Source: Planctomycetota bacterium
GTDB taxonomy: Bacteria; Planctomycetota; Planctomycetia; Pirellulales; UBA1268
Direction of reading: 5' to 3'
DNA: 64,000 nt
Assembly (NCBI GenBank): GCA_037129495.1
Contig: JBAXUW010000002.1
Coordinates: 5,498-69,497, forward strand
Part shown: one piece after another, positions 27,824-36,992 of the stretch
How positions within the stretch are numbered: the stretch's first letter is position 1
How the letters are laid out: each line of letters opens with the position of its first letter
Notes under the pieces: model-generated
The model's database searches: none
What the model saw: the letters and a program-made list of their open reading frames with translations, nothing else
What the model was told of the DNA's origin: nothing
Program-made: the position numbers and the translations under genes

Positions 27824-28339
27824 ATGAAAATCAATGATGTGAATAAGGGAATCCACAAAAATCGCAAACGTCTGCGGGTCGGCCGAGGCCCAGGATCGGG
27901 CCGCGGCAAAACCGCAGGTCGCGGCAACAAGGGGCAGGGACAGTTGGCTGGCTGGAGCGCCCCGGCGATCTTTGAGGGAGGTGGCACACCCCTTATCCGA
28001 CGAATCCCCAAACGCGGCTTCCACAACCAGCACGGTCGGATCGTAACTGACATCAATGTCGAAGATCTTGAAAAGCGGTTCGCCGCAGGCAGCGAAGTGT
28101 CGCCCGAGAGCCTCCGAGCGGTCGGCCTCGCCAAGGGCATTTGGGACGAGGTAAAAATTCTCGGAAACGGGATCATCGCCAAGTCGCTCAAGGTTTCCGC
28201 CCATCGTTTCAGTGCCCAGGCGCGGGAGAAAATCCTGGCGGCCGGGGGGTCGGTCACGGAGATTCCGGGACCGGCTCCAGTTGTGCGAAACAAGCGAAAC
28301 CCAAAAACGGCATCGCGAACAAAGCCGACCGCAGGGTAG
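27824..28339 (+). CDS. rplO: 50S ribosomal protein L15
   Basis: ATG at 27824; MKINDVNKG..RVGRGPGSGRGKTAGRGNKGQ. Only 92 nt separate it from rpsE, so no rpmD (L30) lies between. Confidence 0.95.
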   Translation: MKINDVNKGIHKNRKRLRVGRGPGSGRGKTAGRGNKGQGQLAGWSAPAIFEGGGTPLIRRIPKRGFHNQHGRIVTDINVEDLEKRFAAGSEVSPESLRAVGLAKGIWDEVKILGNGIIAKSLKVSAHRFSAQAREKILAAGGSVTEIPGPAPVVRNKRNPKTASRTKPTAG

Positions 28340-28408
28340 GGTGACACGCTGGTGCTTCCAGCGTGTCGTCTGAATCCTTCCGTACCCCGAGGTTGAGGAG
28401 GCCGATCT

Positions 28409-29770
28409 GTGCTTGAAAAACTGCGCATCGTATTCACAATTCCCGAACTGCGTCAAAAGATTTTGCTCACGCTGGGGCTGCTCGCGATCTATCGCGTCGG
28501 CTGGCAGGTGCCGCTCCCGATCGTTGATCCAAAGGCGATGTCCGCCTTCGCTCAGGAAACCGGTGGGATTGGCGACCTGCTCAAAACCGTCGCTGTTTTC
28601 TCAGCCAGCCAGCTCTCCCAGGCCACCATCTTCGGTTTGGGGATCATGCCGTATATTTCCGCTTCGATCATCTTTCAGTTGCTGTCCACGGTCTGGGCTC
28701 CGCTGGAGCGGTTGTCAAAGGAAGGCGAAGCCGGCCGCAAGAAGATCAACGAATACACCCGCTATGCGACGGTGCTGATCTGTCTGGTGCAGAGCTGGGC
28801 CTATGTGGCGTTTCTCTCGTCGGCCAAGGTAGGCGACATGTCGCTGATACAGCCGAGCTTTCTCGTCGACGGCCGGCTCCCGCTGGTCTGGCAATTCGTG
28901 GCGGTCATGACGATGACCGCGGGCACCATCTTTCTGATGTGGCTGGGAGAACAGATTGATGAATTTGGCATCGGTAACGGCATCAGCCTCCTCATCATGG
29001 CGGGCATCTTGGCGTCGATGCCGAGTGCGCTTGTGCAACTCGGGAGTGACACCACGTGGGAACTCGGTGGTGGTGGCGGCAAACTGGGTGTGGAAACCCT
29101 GCTCGTGTTGGCCGCACTCTTTGTGAGTGTCGTCGCGGGAGTGGTCTTCATGACGCAGGCGCAGCGGCGGATTCCAACGCAGAGTGCCAAGCACGTTCGT
29201 GGCCGCCGTGTCTACGGTGGCACCCGGCAGTATCTCCCACTGCGGGTGAATCAGGCGGGTGTAATGCCGATCATTTTCGCCAGTTCTTTGCTGCTCTTCC
29301 CGCAGATGTTCTTCCAATATCTTCATAACTCCTATCCGAGCAGCACGCTGCTCGGTGCGGTGCACGATTCGTTCACCCGCGGCCAGTCATTCCTTTACAA
29401 CGTTTTGTATGTCGTGCTGATCTATTTTTTCTGCTACTTTTGGACGGCGATTACGTTCAATCCAAAGGAAATGGCCGACAACCTCAAGAACTTTGGGGCG
29501 TTTATCCCTGGGTATCGGCCCGGCAAGCGAACGGCTGATTATCTGGAACGCGTTATGGAGCGGATCACGTACGTCGGCGCGGGGTTTTTGGCGCTGGTGG
29601 CGGTGATCCCCACGATTGTCGGTGGAGCGCTCGGCATCCCGGCCCAGATCGCGAGCTTTTACGGTGGCACTGGTCTGTTGATAGCGGTGAGCGTGGCCTT
29701 CGATCTCGTGCAAAAGATTGATAGTCACTTGGTGATGCGAAATTATACGGGCCTTCTGGAAAAATCCTGA
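28409..29770 (+). CDS. secY: Preprotein translocase subunit SecY
   Basis: 453 aa and 10 hydrophobic segments. IFGLGIMPYISASIIFQLL, GEQIDEFGIGNGISLLI. Confidence 0.97.
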   Translation: MLEKLRIVFTIPELRQKILLTLGLLAIYRVGWQVPLPIVDPKAMSAFAQETGGIGDLLKTVAVFSASQLSQATIFGLGIMPYISASIIFQLLSTVWAPLERLSKEGEAGRKKINEYTRYATVLICLVQSWAYVAFLSSAKVGDMSLIQPSFLVDGRLPLVWQFVAVMTMTAGTIFLMWLGEQIDEFGIGNGISLLIMAGILASMPSALVQLGSDTTWELGGGGGKLGVETLLVLAALFVSVVAGVVFMTQAQRRIPTQSAKHVRGRRVYGGTRQYLPLRVNQAGVMPIIFASSLLLFPQMFFQYLHNSYPSSTLLGAVHDSFTRGQSFLYNVLYVVLIYFFCYFWTAITFNPKEMADNLKNFGAFIPGYRPGKRTADYLERVMERITYVGAGFLALVAVIPTIVGGALGIPAQIASFYGGTGLLIAVSVAFDLVQKIDSHLVMRNYTGLLEKS

Positions 29771-29834
29771 CCTCCTGGAATGCCATGCGGGGCCGCTGCG
29801 GTTCGCTTTCGCCGGACATTCTCGGGGATATGCC

Positions 29835-30410
29835 ATGCGGATCATCCTCATCGGACCCCCTGGAGCGGGCAAAGGCACGCAGTGTCAACGGTTGGTTGAT
29901 TTGCTCAAGGTGCCACACCTCTCTACCGGCGAGATGCTCAGGGCGTCTGTCCGCGCGGGCACTCCGGAGGGAATTGAAGCCGCTCGCTCGATGGAACAAG
30001 GGCAGTTGGTGCCCGACCCATTGATCGTTGGCATGGTGACCCGCAGGCTGGAGTCGCGCGATTGCCGGAAGGGCTGTCTGCTCGACGGCTTTCCGCGGAC
30101 GCTGCCCCAGGCGGAGATACTGGACGATCTCCTGGAACGCCGGGCCATGAGCGTCGATGGCGTTATCGAACTGGCGGTGCCACGGGACGAACTCATTCGG
30201 CGGATGCTAGCCCGCAAGCGGGCTGACGACGACCCCGCAATTTTTTCACGGCGGATCACTGGTTTTGAAGAGCAGACAGCACCGCTCCTGGACTATTATT
30301 CCAGACAAGGCAAGCTCGCTAGCATTGACGGCCTGGGCGAGGCTGATGAAATCTTTACGCGAGTGAAGGCTGCCATCAGGCGATTCGAGCGGGCGGCAAA
30401 AGTGCGGTAA
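29835..30410 (+). CDS. adk: Adenylate kinase (short-LID form)
   Basis: MRIILIGPPGAGKGTQCQRL..HLSTGEMLR..LLDGFPRTLPQAE. Confidence 0.96.
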   Translation: MRIILIGPPGAGKGTQCQRLVDLLKVPHLSTGEMLRASVRAGTPEGIEAARSMEQGQLVPDPLIVGMVTRRLESRDCRKGCLLDGFPRTLPQAEILDDLLERRAMSVDGVIELAVPRDELIRRMLARKRADDDPAIFSRRITGFEEQTAPLLDYYSRQGKLASIDGLGEADEIFTRVKAAIRRFERAAKVR

Positions 30411-30460
30411 GCGACGGAGGCGGAATTTTTGAACATCCTGTTTTTCGGAATGGTTGCACC

Positions 30461-31261
30461 GTGGTGAATCTTCGTTCGACACGCGAAATAGCGCTGATGC
30501 GGCGGGCCGGCCTCGTGGTCTGGGGCGCGCATCAGGTGGCCGGTGCGCTCGTGCGGCCCGGTGTAACCACCGGGGAGATTGATCAGGCTGTTGACCGCTT
30601 CTTCGCCGAATACAAAGCCATTGCGTTGTTCAAGGGCGTGCCTGGAAAGGTGCCGTTTCCGGCGGCCTGCTGCATCTCGGTGAACGACGAGGTCGTGCAT
30701 GGCATCCCAAGCGCCCGTGTGCTGCGGTCTGGCGATGTGGTCAGCATCGACACCGGTTGCAGTGTTGGTGGCTGGTGCGGCGACTCAGCAGTCACGCATC
30801 CCGTCGGGACGGTTTCTTCCGAGGTGCAGCGCCTGCTCGACTGCACCTCCGGAGTGTTGGCGCTCGCGATCGAACTGATGGCAACCCGCAATCGGTGGAG
30901 TGATGTTGCCCAGGAGATGGCCAAATATGTGCGCGACCATGGTTTTTCCGTGGTCGAGAATTTCGTGGGCCACGGTATTGGCCGGAAGATGCACGAAGAC
31001 CCGCAGGTACCGAACTTTTGCTCGCCGGCATTCCGCAAGAATCACGATTTCGAACTCGAGCCGGGGCTTGTCGTTGCCGTGGAACCGATGGTGAACATGG
31101 GCACCAAAAAGGTGAAGGTGCTGGCCGACTACTGGACTCAGTCCACCGTGGACGGCCTTTCCAGCGCCCATTTCGAGCATACGGTCGCCATTACCCAGAG
31201 CGGTCCTCAGGTACTCACCGCTCCCCCGGCTGTCGGCGAGAAGGTCGGTTCGACTGATTAG
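30461..31261 (+). CDS. map: Type I methionine aminopeptidase
   Basis: EVVHGIPS, VVSIDTGC, FVGHGIGRKMHEDP, VAVEPMV and FEHTVAIT are the metal-ligand motifs. GTG start. Confidence 0.95.
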   Translation: MVNLRSTREIALMRRAGLVVWGAHQVAGALVRPGVTTGEIDQAVDRFFAEYKAIALFKGVPGKVPFPAACCISVNDEVVHGIPSARVLRSGDVVSIDTGCSVGGWCGDSAVTHPVGTVSSEVQRLLDCTSGVLALAIELMATRNRWSDVAQEMAKYVRDHGFSVVENFVGHGIGRKMHEDPQVPNFCSPAFRKNHDFELEPGLVVAVEPMVNMGTKKVKVLADYWTQSTVDGLSSAHFEHTVAITQSGPQVLTAPPAVGEKVGSTD

Positions 31262-31346
31262 TTCTCCTGCTTCGCTAGAAGGAAGTGAGGTGACCCGGCA
31301 AAAATGCCCGTTGACGACGATTTTTGGGCCGCAGCAAGGCCCCCCC

Positions 31347-31376
31347 TTGTGAAACCACTAGGAACGATCCTATATT
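31347..31376 (+). promoter_or_regulatory. Putative promoter upstream of rpmJ-rpsM-rpsK-rpsD-rpoA-rplQ
   Basis: TTGTGA, an 18-nt spacer, then TATATT, about 65 nt upstream of the rpmJ ATG in a 179-bp spacer. Confidence 0.3.
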
Positions 31377-31440
31377 CTTGGTTTCCCTCAATATCCTAGT
31401 TCTGTCAAAGGCGTGGTCGGCCGTCGCCACGGACTTGTTC

Positions 31441-31554
31441 ATGAAAGTTCGCGCTAGCGTCCGTCGTATGTGTGATAAGTGCAAGATCGTCCGCCGTCGT
31501 GGCGTGGTGGTTGTTGTCTGCGCAGACCCCCGCCATAAGCAGCGGCAGGGATAA
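31441..31554 (+). CDS. rpmJ: 50S ribosomal protein L36 (zinc-binding form)
   Basis: [37 protein letters not shown]. Confidence 0.96.
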   Translation: MKVRASVRRMCDKCKIVRRRGVVVVVCADPRHKQRQG

Positions 31555-31703
31555 AAAATCAGTCGGGTCCGGTCTGTCGATTGGCCGAGATTTGCCCCGC
31601 TTGTCTGTGTTGAAAATCGATTGTGTGATAGTTGTAATTTTACTGACGCTGGTTATTGAACGCGTTGTTTTTGTAGCCCGATTCATTGCTCTGGATTTCT
31701 GAC

Positions 31704-32087
31704 ATGCCCCGTCTGCTCGGCGTTGACATCCCTTCGGAAAAAAAGACGATCTATTCCCTGCAGTATCTGTATGGAGTGGGGCCGCGCGTCGCTCGCGAAC
31801 TCTGCCACAAGGCCGGCGTGAACCCGCTGGGCAAGGCCCGTGACCTGCACGAGGACGAACTTGCCCGAATGGCTGGACTCCTCGACAAGGATTATGTGGT
31901 CGAAGGACAACTGCGACGGCAAGTTGCCCAAGACATCTCTCGCTTGAAGGACATTGCCAGTTATCGTGGAATACGGCACCGGCGCGGCCTCCCGGTGCGT
32001 GGCCAGCGAACCCGCACCAATGCTCGAACCCGGAAGGGTCCGAAGAAGACAGTGGCTGGCAAGAAGGGCGTAAAAGACCTGAAGTAG
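31704..32087 (+). CDS. rpsM: 30S ribosomal protein S13
   Basis: MPRLLGVDIPSEKKTIYSLQYLYGVG..YRGIRHRRGLPVRGQRTRTNARTRKG. Confidence 0.96.
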   Translation: MPRLLGVDIPSEKKTIYSLQYLYGVGPRVARELCHKAGVNPLGKARDLHEDELARMAGLLDKDYVVEGQLRRQVAQDISRLKDIASYRGIRHRRGLPVRGQRTRTNARTRKGPKKTVAGKKGVKDLK

Positions 32088-32216
32088 TGATCTGCAAGTA
32101 GTGATCTGCGGCCTGGTCTGTTGCCGGTCCAGGCGGCTCACACGCAGGCCGTTTGAACCGTTTGTGTTTTCTGCCCATACTCCAAAACCTCCCTTATCAG
32201 AGACTCAAGCTCATCC

Positions 32217-32594
32217 ATGTCCAAGGTTGCCAAAGCCAAGAAGAAGAGTGTTTCGGCTGGGATCGCGTTTATTAACGCCAGTTTCAACAATACGACCGTC
32301 ACGATTACCGACCCGCGGGGCGATACGCTCTGCTGGGCCAGCGGTGGAACGTGTGGCTTTAAGGGGAGTCGCAAAGGGACGCCCTTCGCGGGTCAGTGCG
32401 CTGCCCAGCAGGCGGCTGAGAAGGCGGCCAAATTCGGAGTCAAGGACCTCGAGGTGCGGGTCTGCGGTCCGGGAAGCGGTCGCGAGAGTGCGATCACGGC
32501 GCTCACGGCGGCCGGAATGAATGTGAAGAGCATCGAGGACATTACGCCGCTGCCTCACAACGGCTGCAGGCCGCCGAAGAAGCGCCGGGTTTGA
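32217..32594 (+). CDS. rpsK: 30S ribosomal protein S11
   Basis: [59 protein letters not shown]. Confidence 0.97.
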   Translation: MSKVAKAKKKSVSAGIAFINASFNNTTVTITDPRGDTLCWASGGTCGFKGSRKGTPFAGQCAAQQAAEKAAKFGVKDLEVRVCGPGSGRESAITALTAAGMNVKSIEDITPLPHNGCRPPKKRRV

Positions 32595-32683
32595 GGCTGG
32601 GCTTGGTCGTGATTACGAAACAAACACACGCGGCTCCCGGGATGTCCGGGGCCTCCATACTTTAGAGACAGGCGAAGCGATTC

Positions 32684-33310
32684 ATGGGACGTATCACCGG
32701 GCCGGTTTGTCGGCTCTGCCGTCGAGACGGACTTAAGCTATTTTTGAAGGGGAGTCGATGCGACACTCCGAAATGTGCGTTTGAGCGCCGACCAACGCCG
32801 CCAGGTATGGTGCAGAAGCGGCGATCCAAGCCGACAGAATACGGTATTCACCTCCGCGAGAAGCAGAAGGTGAAGCATTACTATGGCGTGCTTGAACGAC
32901 AGTTTCGCACTTACTTTTCTCGCGCCGAGCGGGGTAAGGGCAACACCGGTGAAACGCTGATGTCGCTTCTCGAGCGGCGGCTCGACAACGTGGTGCACCG
33001 GCTGGGCTTTTCACCATCGCGGGCTGGTGCCCGTCAGTTTGTCATGCACGGCCATATCACTGTGAATGGCCGCCGTCTTGATGTCCCGAGCTATCTCGTG
33101 AGGGCTGGTGACGTCGTTCGGGTGAAGAATCGGAAGCCGAGTCTCCAACTGGTCCACTCGGCTCTGGCTGAGTTTCGCCGGGATGTTCCCGATTTCCTGT
33201 CCCGTAGTGATGCAGGTGTGCCCGAGGGCCGCGTTGATCGACTCCCTGTTTCAGACGATGTGTCGATTCCTGTGCAGGCGAATCTGATTATCGAGTTGTG
33301 TTCCAAGTAA
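32684..33310 (+). CDS. rpsD: 30S ribosomal protein S4
   Basis: MGRITGPVCRLCRRDGLKLFLKGSRC..YGIHLREKQKVKHYYGVLERQFR..S4 RNA-binding domain. Confidence 0.97.
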   Translation: MGRITGPVCRLCRRDGLKLFLKGSRCDTPKCAFERRPTPPGMVQKRRSKPTEYGIHLREKQKVKHYYGVLERQFRTYFSRAERGKGNTGETLMSLLERRLDNVVHRLGFSPSRAGARQFVMHGHITVNGRRLDVPSYLVRAGDVVRVKNRKPSLQLVHSALAEFRRDVPDFLSRSDAGVPEGRVDRLPVSDDVSIPVQANLIIELCSK

Positions 33311-33441
33311 GGTGCACCGGCAAGTTGAAGCCGGTAACGTAATGCCGGTGCCGTGAAGCCGCTGCCAGTTTTTCACTCTCGTTGTTTCATTCATACTGTT
33401 TCGCTTCATCCGTCTTTCGTTGTGTCAAGAAGGAGTTCCGC

Positions 33442-34431
33442 ATGCATATTCGTTGGCGAGGCCTTGAGCTTCCCGGCTCAGTTGTGCCCGATCTAAAAAC
33501 GCTTACGGGAACCTACGGTAAGTTTGTTGCAGAACCATTTGAGCGGGGCTTTGGCACCACCGTCGGCAACAGCCTGCGGCGAGTTTTGCTGTCGAGCCTC
33601 GAAGGCAGCGCGGTCACTCAGATCAAGCTTTCGGGGGCGCTTCATGAATTTACCACGATCAAAGGCGTGCTCGAGGACGTGACCGACATCGTGCTGGCGG
33701 TCAAAAGCCTTGTGGTTAAGAATCATAGCGATTCCACCCGCGTAATCCGTGTTGAGCGAAGCACGAAGGGACCGATCACTGGTGCCGATGTCATCACCGA
33801 CGATCAGGTGGAGGTCGTGAACAAGGATCTCGTGCTTGCCACGCTGACCGATGACGTGCCGTTCGAACTTGAGATGGTGGTCGAGAATGGTCGAGGTTAC
33901 GTGACATCCAGTGAGCACACCCAAGTGTCGCAGGAAATCGGCATTATTCCTGTTGACGCGGTGTTTAGTCCGGTCACCCGGGTGAAGTATGAGGTCGAGG
34001 AGACTCGCGTTGGCCAGAAGACGAATTACGACCGACTGACCATGGAGATCTGGACCAACGGCACCGTCACTCCCGAGATGGCCCTCGTCGAAGCGGCGAA
34101 GATTCTCAGAAAGCATCTGAATCCCTTTGTTGGCTACACGAAGCCGGGGATGGCCATCAGTCAGGCAGTCGCCGGTGGCGTATTTTCGGTTGAGGCTCCG
34201 CTGGAGAGTCGGCTGGGCATGCTCACCTCTGACCTACGGCTTTCGCTGCGGGCGAATAACTGTCTCGAGGAGGCCGCGATCAGCACGCTCCGAGAATTGG
34301 TGTCGCGGACTCGTGAAGAACTGATGGAACTTCGCAACTTCGGCGAAACGTCGCTCGAAGAGATCGAGGAAAAGCTTCGGGAGCACGGTCTGCATCTCGG
34401 CATGCCGTTGCCTGTTGTGGTGGATGCCTGA
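33442..34431 (+). CDS. rpoA: DNA-directed RNA polymerase subunit alpha
   Basis: ATG at 33442. [33 protein letters not shown]. The C-terminal domain has [38 protein letters not shown]. Confidence 0.96.
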   Translation: MHIRWRGLELPGSVVPDLKTLTGTYGKFVAEPFERGFGTTVGNSLRRVLLSSLEGSAVTQIKLSGALHEFTTIKGVLEDVTDIVLAVKSLVVKNHSDSTRVIRVERSTKGPITGADVITDDQVEVVNKDLVLATLTDDVPFELEMVVENGRGYVTSSEHTQVSQEIGIIPVDAVFSPVTRVKYEVEETRVGQKTNYDRLTMEIWTNGTVTPEMALVEAAKILRKHLNPFVGYTKPGMAISQAVAGGVFSVEAPLESRLGMLTSDLRLSLRANNCLEEAAISTLRELVSRTREELMELRNFGETSLEEIEEKLREHGLHLGMPLPVVVDA

Positions 34432-34451
34432 GTTTCTTTTTCAGTTTTTTT
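34399..34451 (+). terminator. Possible weak intrinsic terminator/attenuator between rpoA and rplQ
   Basis: Imperfect hairpin GGCATgCC..(15 nt)..GGATGCC spanning the rpoA stop, followed by TTTCTTTTTCAGTTTTTTT. The stem is short with a bulge. Confidence 0.25.
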
Positions 34452-34533
34452 GCGTGGCGATGAGCCAGATCTCTCTTCTTAAAATTCCTTTCGATCAGCC
34501 CTCCAGCTCCTAGAGAACGTCAAGGATCTATCC

Positions 34534-35115
34534 ATGCGTCACCGTCATAAGGGTCGTGTACTCGGCCGAAGTCCCTCACATCAGCGGGCACTGCTGCGGA
34601 ATCTCGCTTCGGCCTTGATGCTGACCGAACGAACGACTGAAGCGGGTGAGGTGGGTGCCCCGAAGGTGGCTGGCCGAATCATCACCACGGTTGCTAAGGC
34701 CAAGGAGGTGCGGCCGCTTGTGGAGCGGTGCATCACTATCGCGAAGCGCGGTCTGGTAGCGATCGACAAGGCCCGGGAGTTTGGCACGACTGCCAGCCGA
34801 GATTCCGCTGATTGGAAGAAGTGGCGAACCAGTGAAAAGTGGTCGCAGTGGGCACAGGCGGTGTCTCCTGCGGTGGTGGCCCGTCGCCGAGTGGTTCAAC
34901 TCTTGGGCGACAAGCAGGCCGCCCGCATCGTCTTTGAGAAGATCGCTCCACGATTTGTCGATCGTCCCGGTGGTTACACCCGGATTCTTAAGCTCGCGGC
35001 CCCGCGCCTCGGCGACGCTGGCCCCCGTGCGTTGATCGAATTTGTGGGCGCCGAGGTGGCTGCCGGCCGTGCCCAGGCCCCCAAGGTTGAGCCTTCTCGG
35101 CCAGCCCGGACCTAA
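34534..35115 (+). CDS. rplQ: 50S ribosomal protein L17 (with internal/C-terminal extensions)
   Basis: MRHRHKGRVLGRSPSHQRALLRNLASAL..RPGGYTRILKL. 193 aa versus the usual ~120-130. Confidence 0.94.
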   Translation: MRHRHKGRVLGRSPSHQRALLRNLASALMLTERTTEAGEVGAPKVAGRIITTVAKAKEVRPLVERCITIAKRGLVAIDKAREFGTTASRDSADWKKWRTSEKWSQWAQAVSPAVVARRRVVQLLGDKQAARIVFEKIAPRFVDRPGGYTRILKLAAPRLGDAGPRALIEFVGAEVAAGRAQAPKVEPSRPART

Positions 35116-35263
35116 TTTTCCGATTCAACAGCCCTGCAAGGCGATTTTCGGGAATAGGCTGTTGGGGCCGCAGCGAATAGAATAGCGCTGTCCGGTCGTA
35201 GGCAGGAGGCGGTCTGCAGGAGATTGTGGCCTTCCAGACAGCGGCCTGCAGGAGGGTTCCGGG

Positions 35264-36973
35264 ATGCGTTCGCTGAAGATGCCTAGCGTGGAGTTTTTCC
35301 CGAGTCTGGCCGTGGCCATGCTTTTAGGGGCTCTGCTCGCCACCGAGTCACGGGTGATCGGGGCGGCCGAAAACGACCACTTCGGCATCCCGCAGGTGAA
35401 GTTCATCAACCAGCAGATTGTCAGCGGCTGGGAGGATGCGGGCTTGAAGCCATCAGATCCGGCAACGGATGCCGAGTGGTGCCGACGGGTTTATCTTGAC
35501 TTGATCGGCCGGATCCCAGGGCTTGAGGAGCTGCAGAAGTTCCTCAGCGACTCTTCCTCCACAAAGCGGCTCGAACTCGTTGACCGCTTGCTGGGCGAAG
35601 ACTTCATCGATGACTATGCCCGGAATTGGACAGACGTCTGGACCACTGTGCTGATTGGTCGTGACGTCGAAAACGAAATGGTGAGCCGGCCCGGAATGCG
35701 GCAGTATCTCAGGCGGGCCTTCTCGAAGAACATTCCCTACGATCGCTTTATGGAGGAACTCGTGACCGCGACCGGCGACAACGCCAATCGCAAGAATGTC
35801 GAGGGCTTCAACGGAGCGGCAAATTTCCTCAGTGGGAAGATGGTTGAAAACGGTGTGCAGGCCACGGCCAAGACGGCCCAGATCTTCCTCGGCATGCAGG
35901 TGCAATGCACGCAGTGCCACAACCATCCCTTCAACAAGGGAAAGCAGAATCAGTTTTGGGAGTTCAACGCCTTTTTTCGCCAGACCCGAACGTTGCGGAA
36001 GTTTGGCGGCACCCGCGACATCCAGTGGGCTGAACTTGTCGACGAGGATTTCGCAGGCGAAGGGGGCAACCCCGAGGAGGCTGAGCTTTACTACGAGCTG
36101 CGGAATGGGCTGGTGAAAATGGCCTACCCAGTGTTTGTGGATGGCACCGAGATCTCGCACACGGGGTACGTTCCGCGGACGCTCGACACCGGCGAACAGA
36201 TTGGCGCGAACCGCCGCCGGGAGCTGGCCGATCTCATCAAGGCCAGTCCGCTGATGCCCAAGGCGATCGTCAACCGCATCTGGGGCCACTTTCTCGGGTA
36301 CGGCTTCACCAAGCCAATCGACGACCTCGGGGAGCACAATCCGCCAACGCATCCGGAACTGCTCGACGGCCTGGCAGAACGGTTTCGAGAGCAGAGCTTC
36401 GACTTAAAGGAGTTGCTCCGGTGGATCGTGCTCTCCCGGCCTTATGCCCTCTCAAGCAAATCTTCTAAGGGCAATCAGCGGGATGACCCGGCGCTCGGCG
36501 AGAAGCCAAAGTTCTCCCACTTCTACCTGCGACAGATGCGGGCGGAAGACCTCTACGAATCGCTCCTGATCGCCACGGAGGCTGATCAATCCCGCGGCAG
36601 CGAGGAGGCGGCGAAGAAAAAAGACGAGTGGCTTTCACAGTTCATCATCGCTTTTGGTACTGACGAAGGGGACGACGCCACCACGTTTAACGGTTCGATT
36701 CCGCAGGTGCTGATGATGTTCAACGGCGATCTCATCAAGCAGGCCACCAGCACGGGCAAGGGCGGATTTCTCGATCGTGTGGCGAGCAGCAACCTGAAAA
36801 ATCCGGCCAAGATTGCCACCCTCTACCAGGCGGCTCTGGCCCGGAATCCTTCAAGCAAGGAAGTGACGGCCGCGAACGACATGCTCGTGGCCCGCAAGGG
36901 TGACGCCATCGGCGCTCTCCAGGACATCTGGTGGGCAGTTCTTAATTCAAATGAGTTCATCATCAACCATTAG
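35264..36973 (+). CDS. DUF1549/DUF1553 domain-containing exported protein
   Basis: Signal peptide. DAEWCRRVYLDLIGRIPGLEELQKFL..KRLELVDRLL..NWTDVW is the DUF1549 pattern. QCTQCHNHPFNKGKQNQFWEFNAFF is the Cys/His motif that precedes DUF1553. Confidence 0.85.
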   Translation: MRSLKMPSVEFFPSLAVAMLLGALLATESRVIGAAENDHFGIPQVKFINQQIVSGWEDAGLKPSDPATDAEWCRRVYLDLIGRIPGLEELQKFLSDSSSTKRLELVDRLLGEDFIDDYARNWTDVWTTVLIGRDVENEMVSRPGMRQYLRRAFSKNIPYDRFMEELVTATGDNANRKNVEGFNGAANFLSGKMVENGVQATAKTAQIFLGMQVQCTQCHNHPFNKGKQNQFWEFNAFFRQTRTLRKFGGTRDIQWAELVDEDFAGEGGNPEEAELYYELRNGLVKMAYPVFVDGTEISHTGYVPRTLDTGEQIGANRRRELADLIKASPLMPKAIVNRIWGHFLGYGFTKPIDDLGEHNPPTHPELLDGLAERFREQSFDLKELLRWIVLSRPYALSSKSSKGNQRDDPALGEKPKFSHFYLRQMRAEDLYESLLIATEADQSRGSEEAAKKKDEWLSQFIIAFGTDEGDDATTFNGSIPQVLMMFNGDLIKQATSTGKGGFLDRVASSNLKNPAKIATLYQAALARNPSSKEVTAANDMLVARKGDAIGALQDIWWAVLNSNEFIINH

Positions 36974-36992
36974 GCCCCAGGAACCCTGAGCT

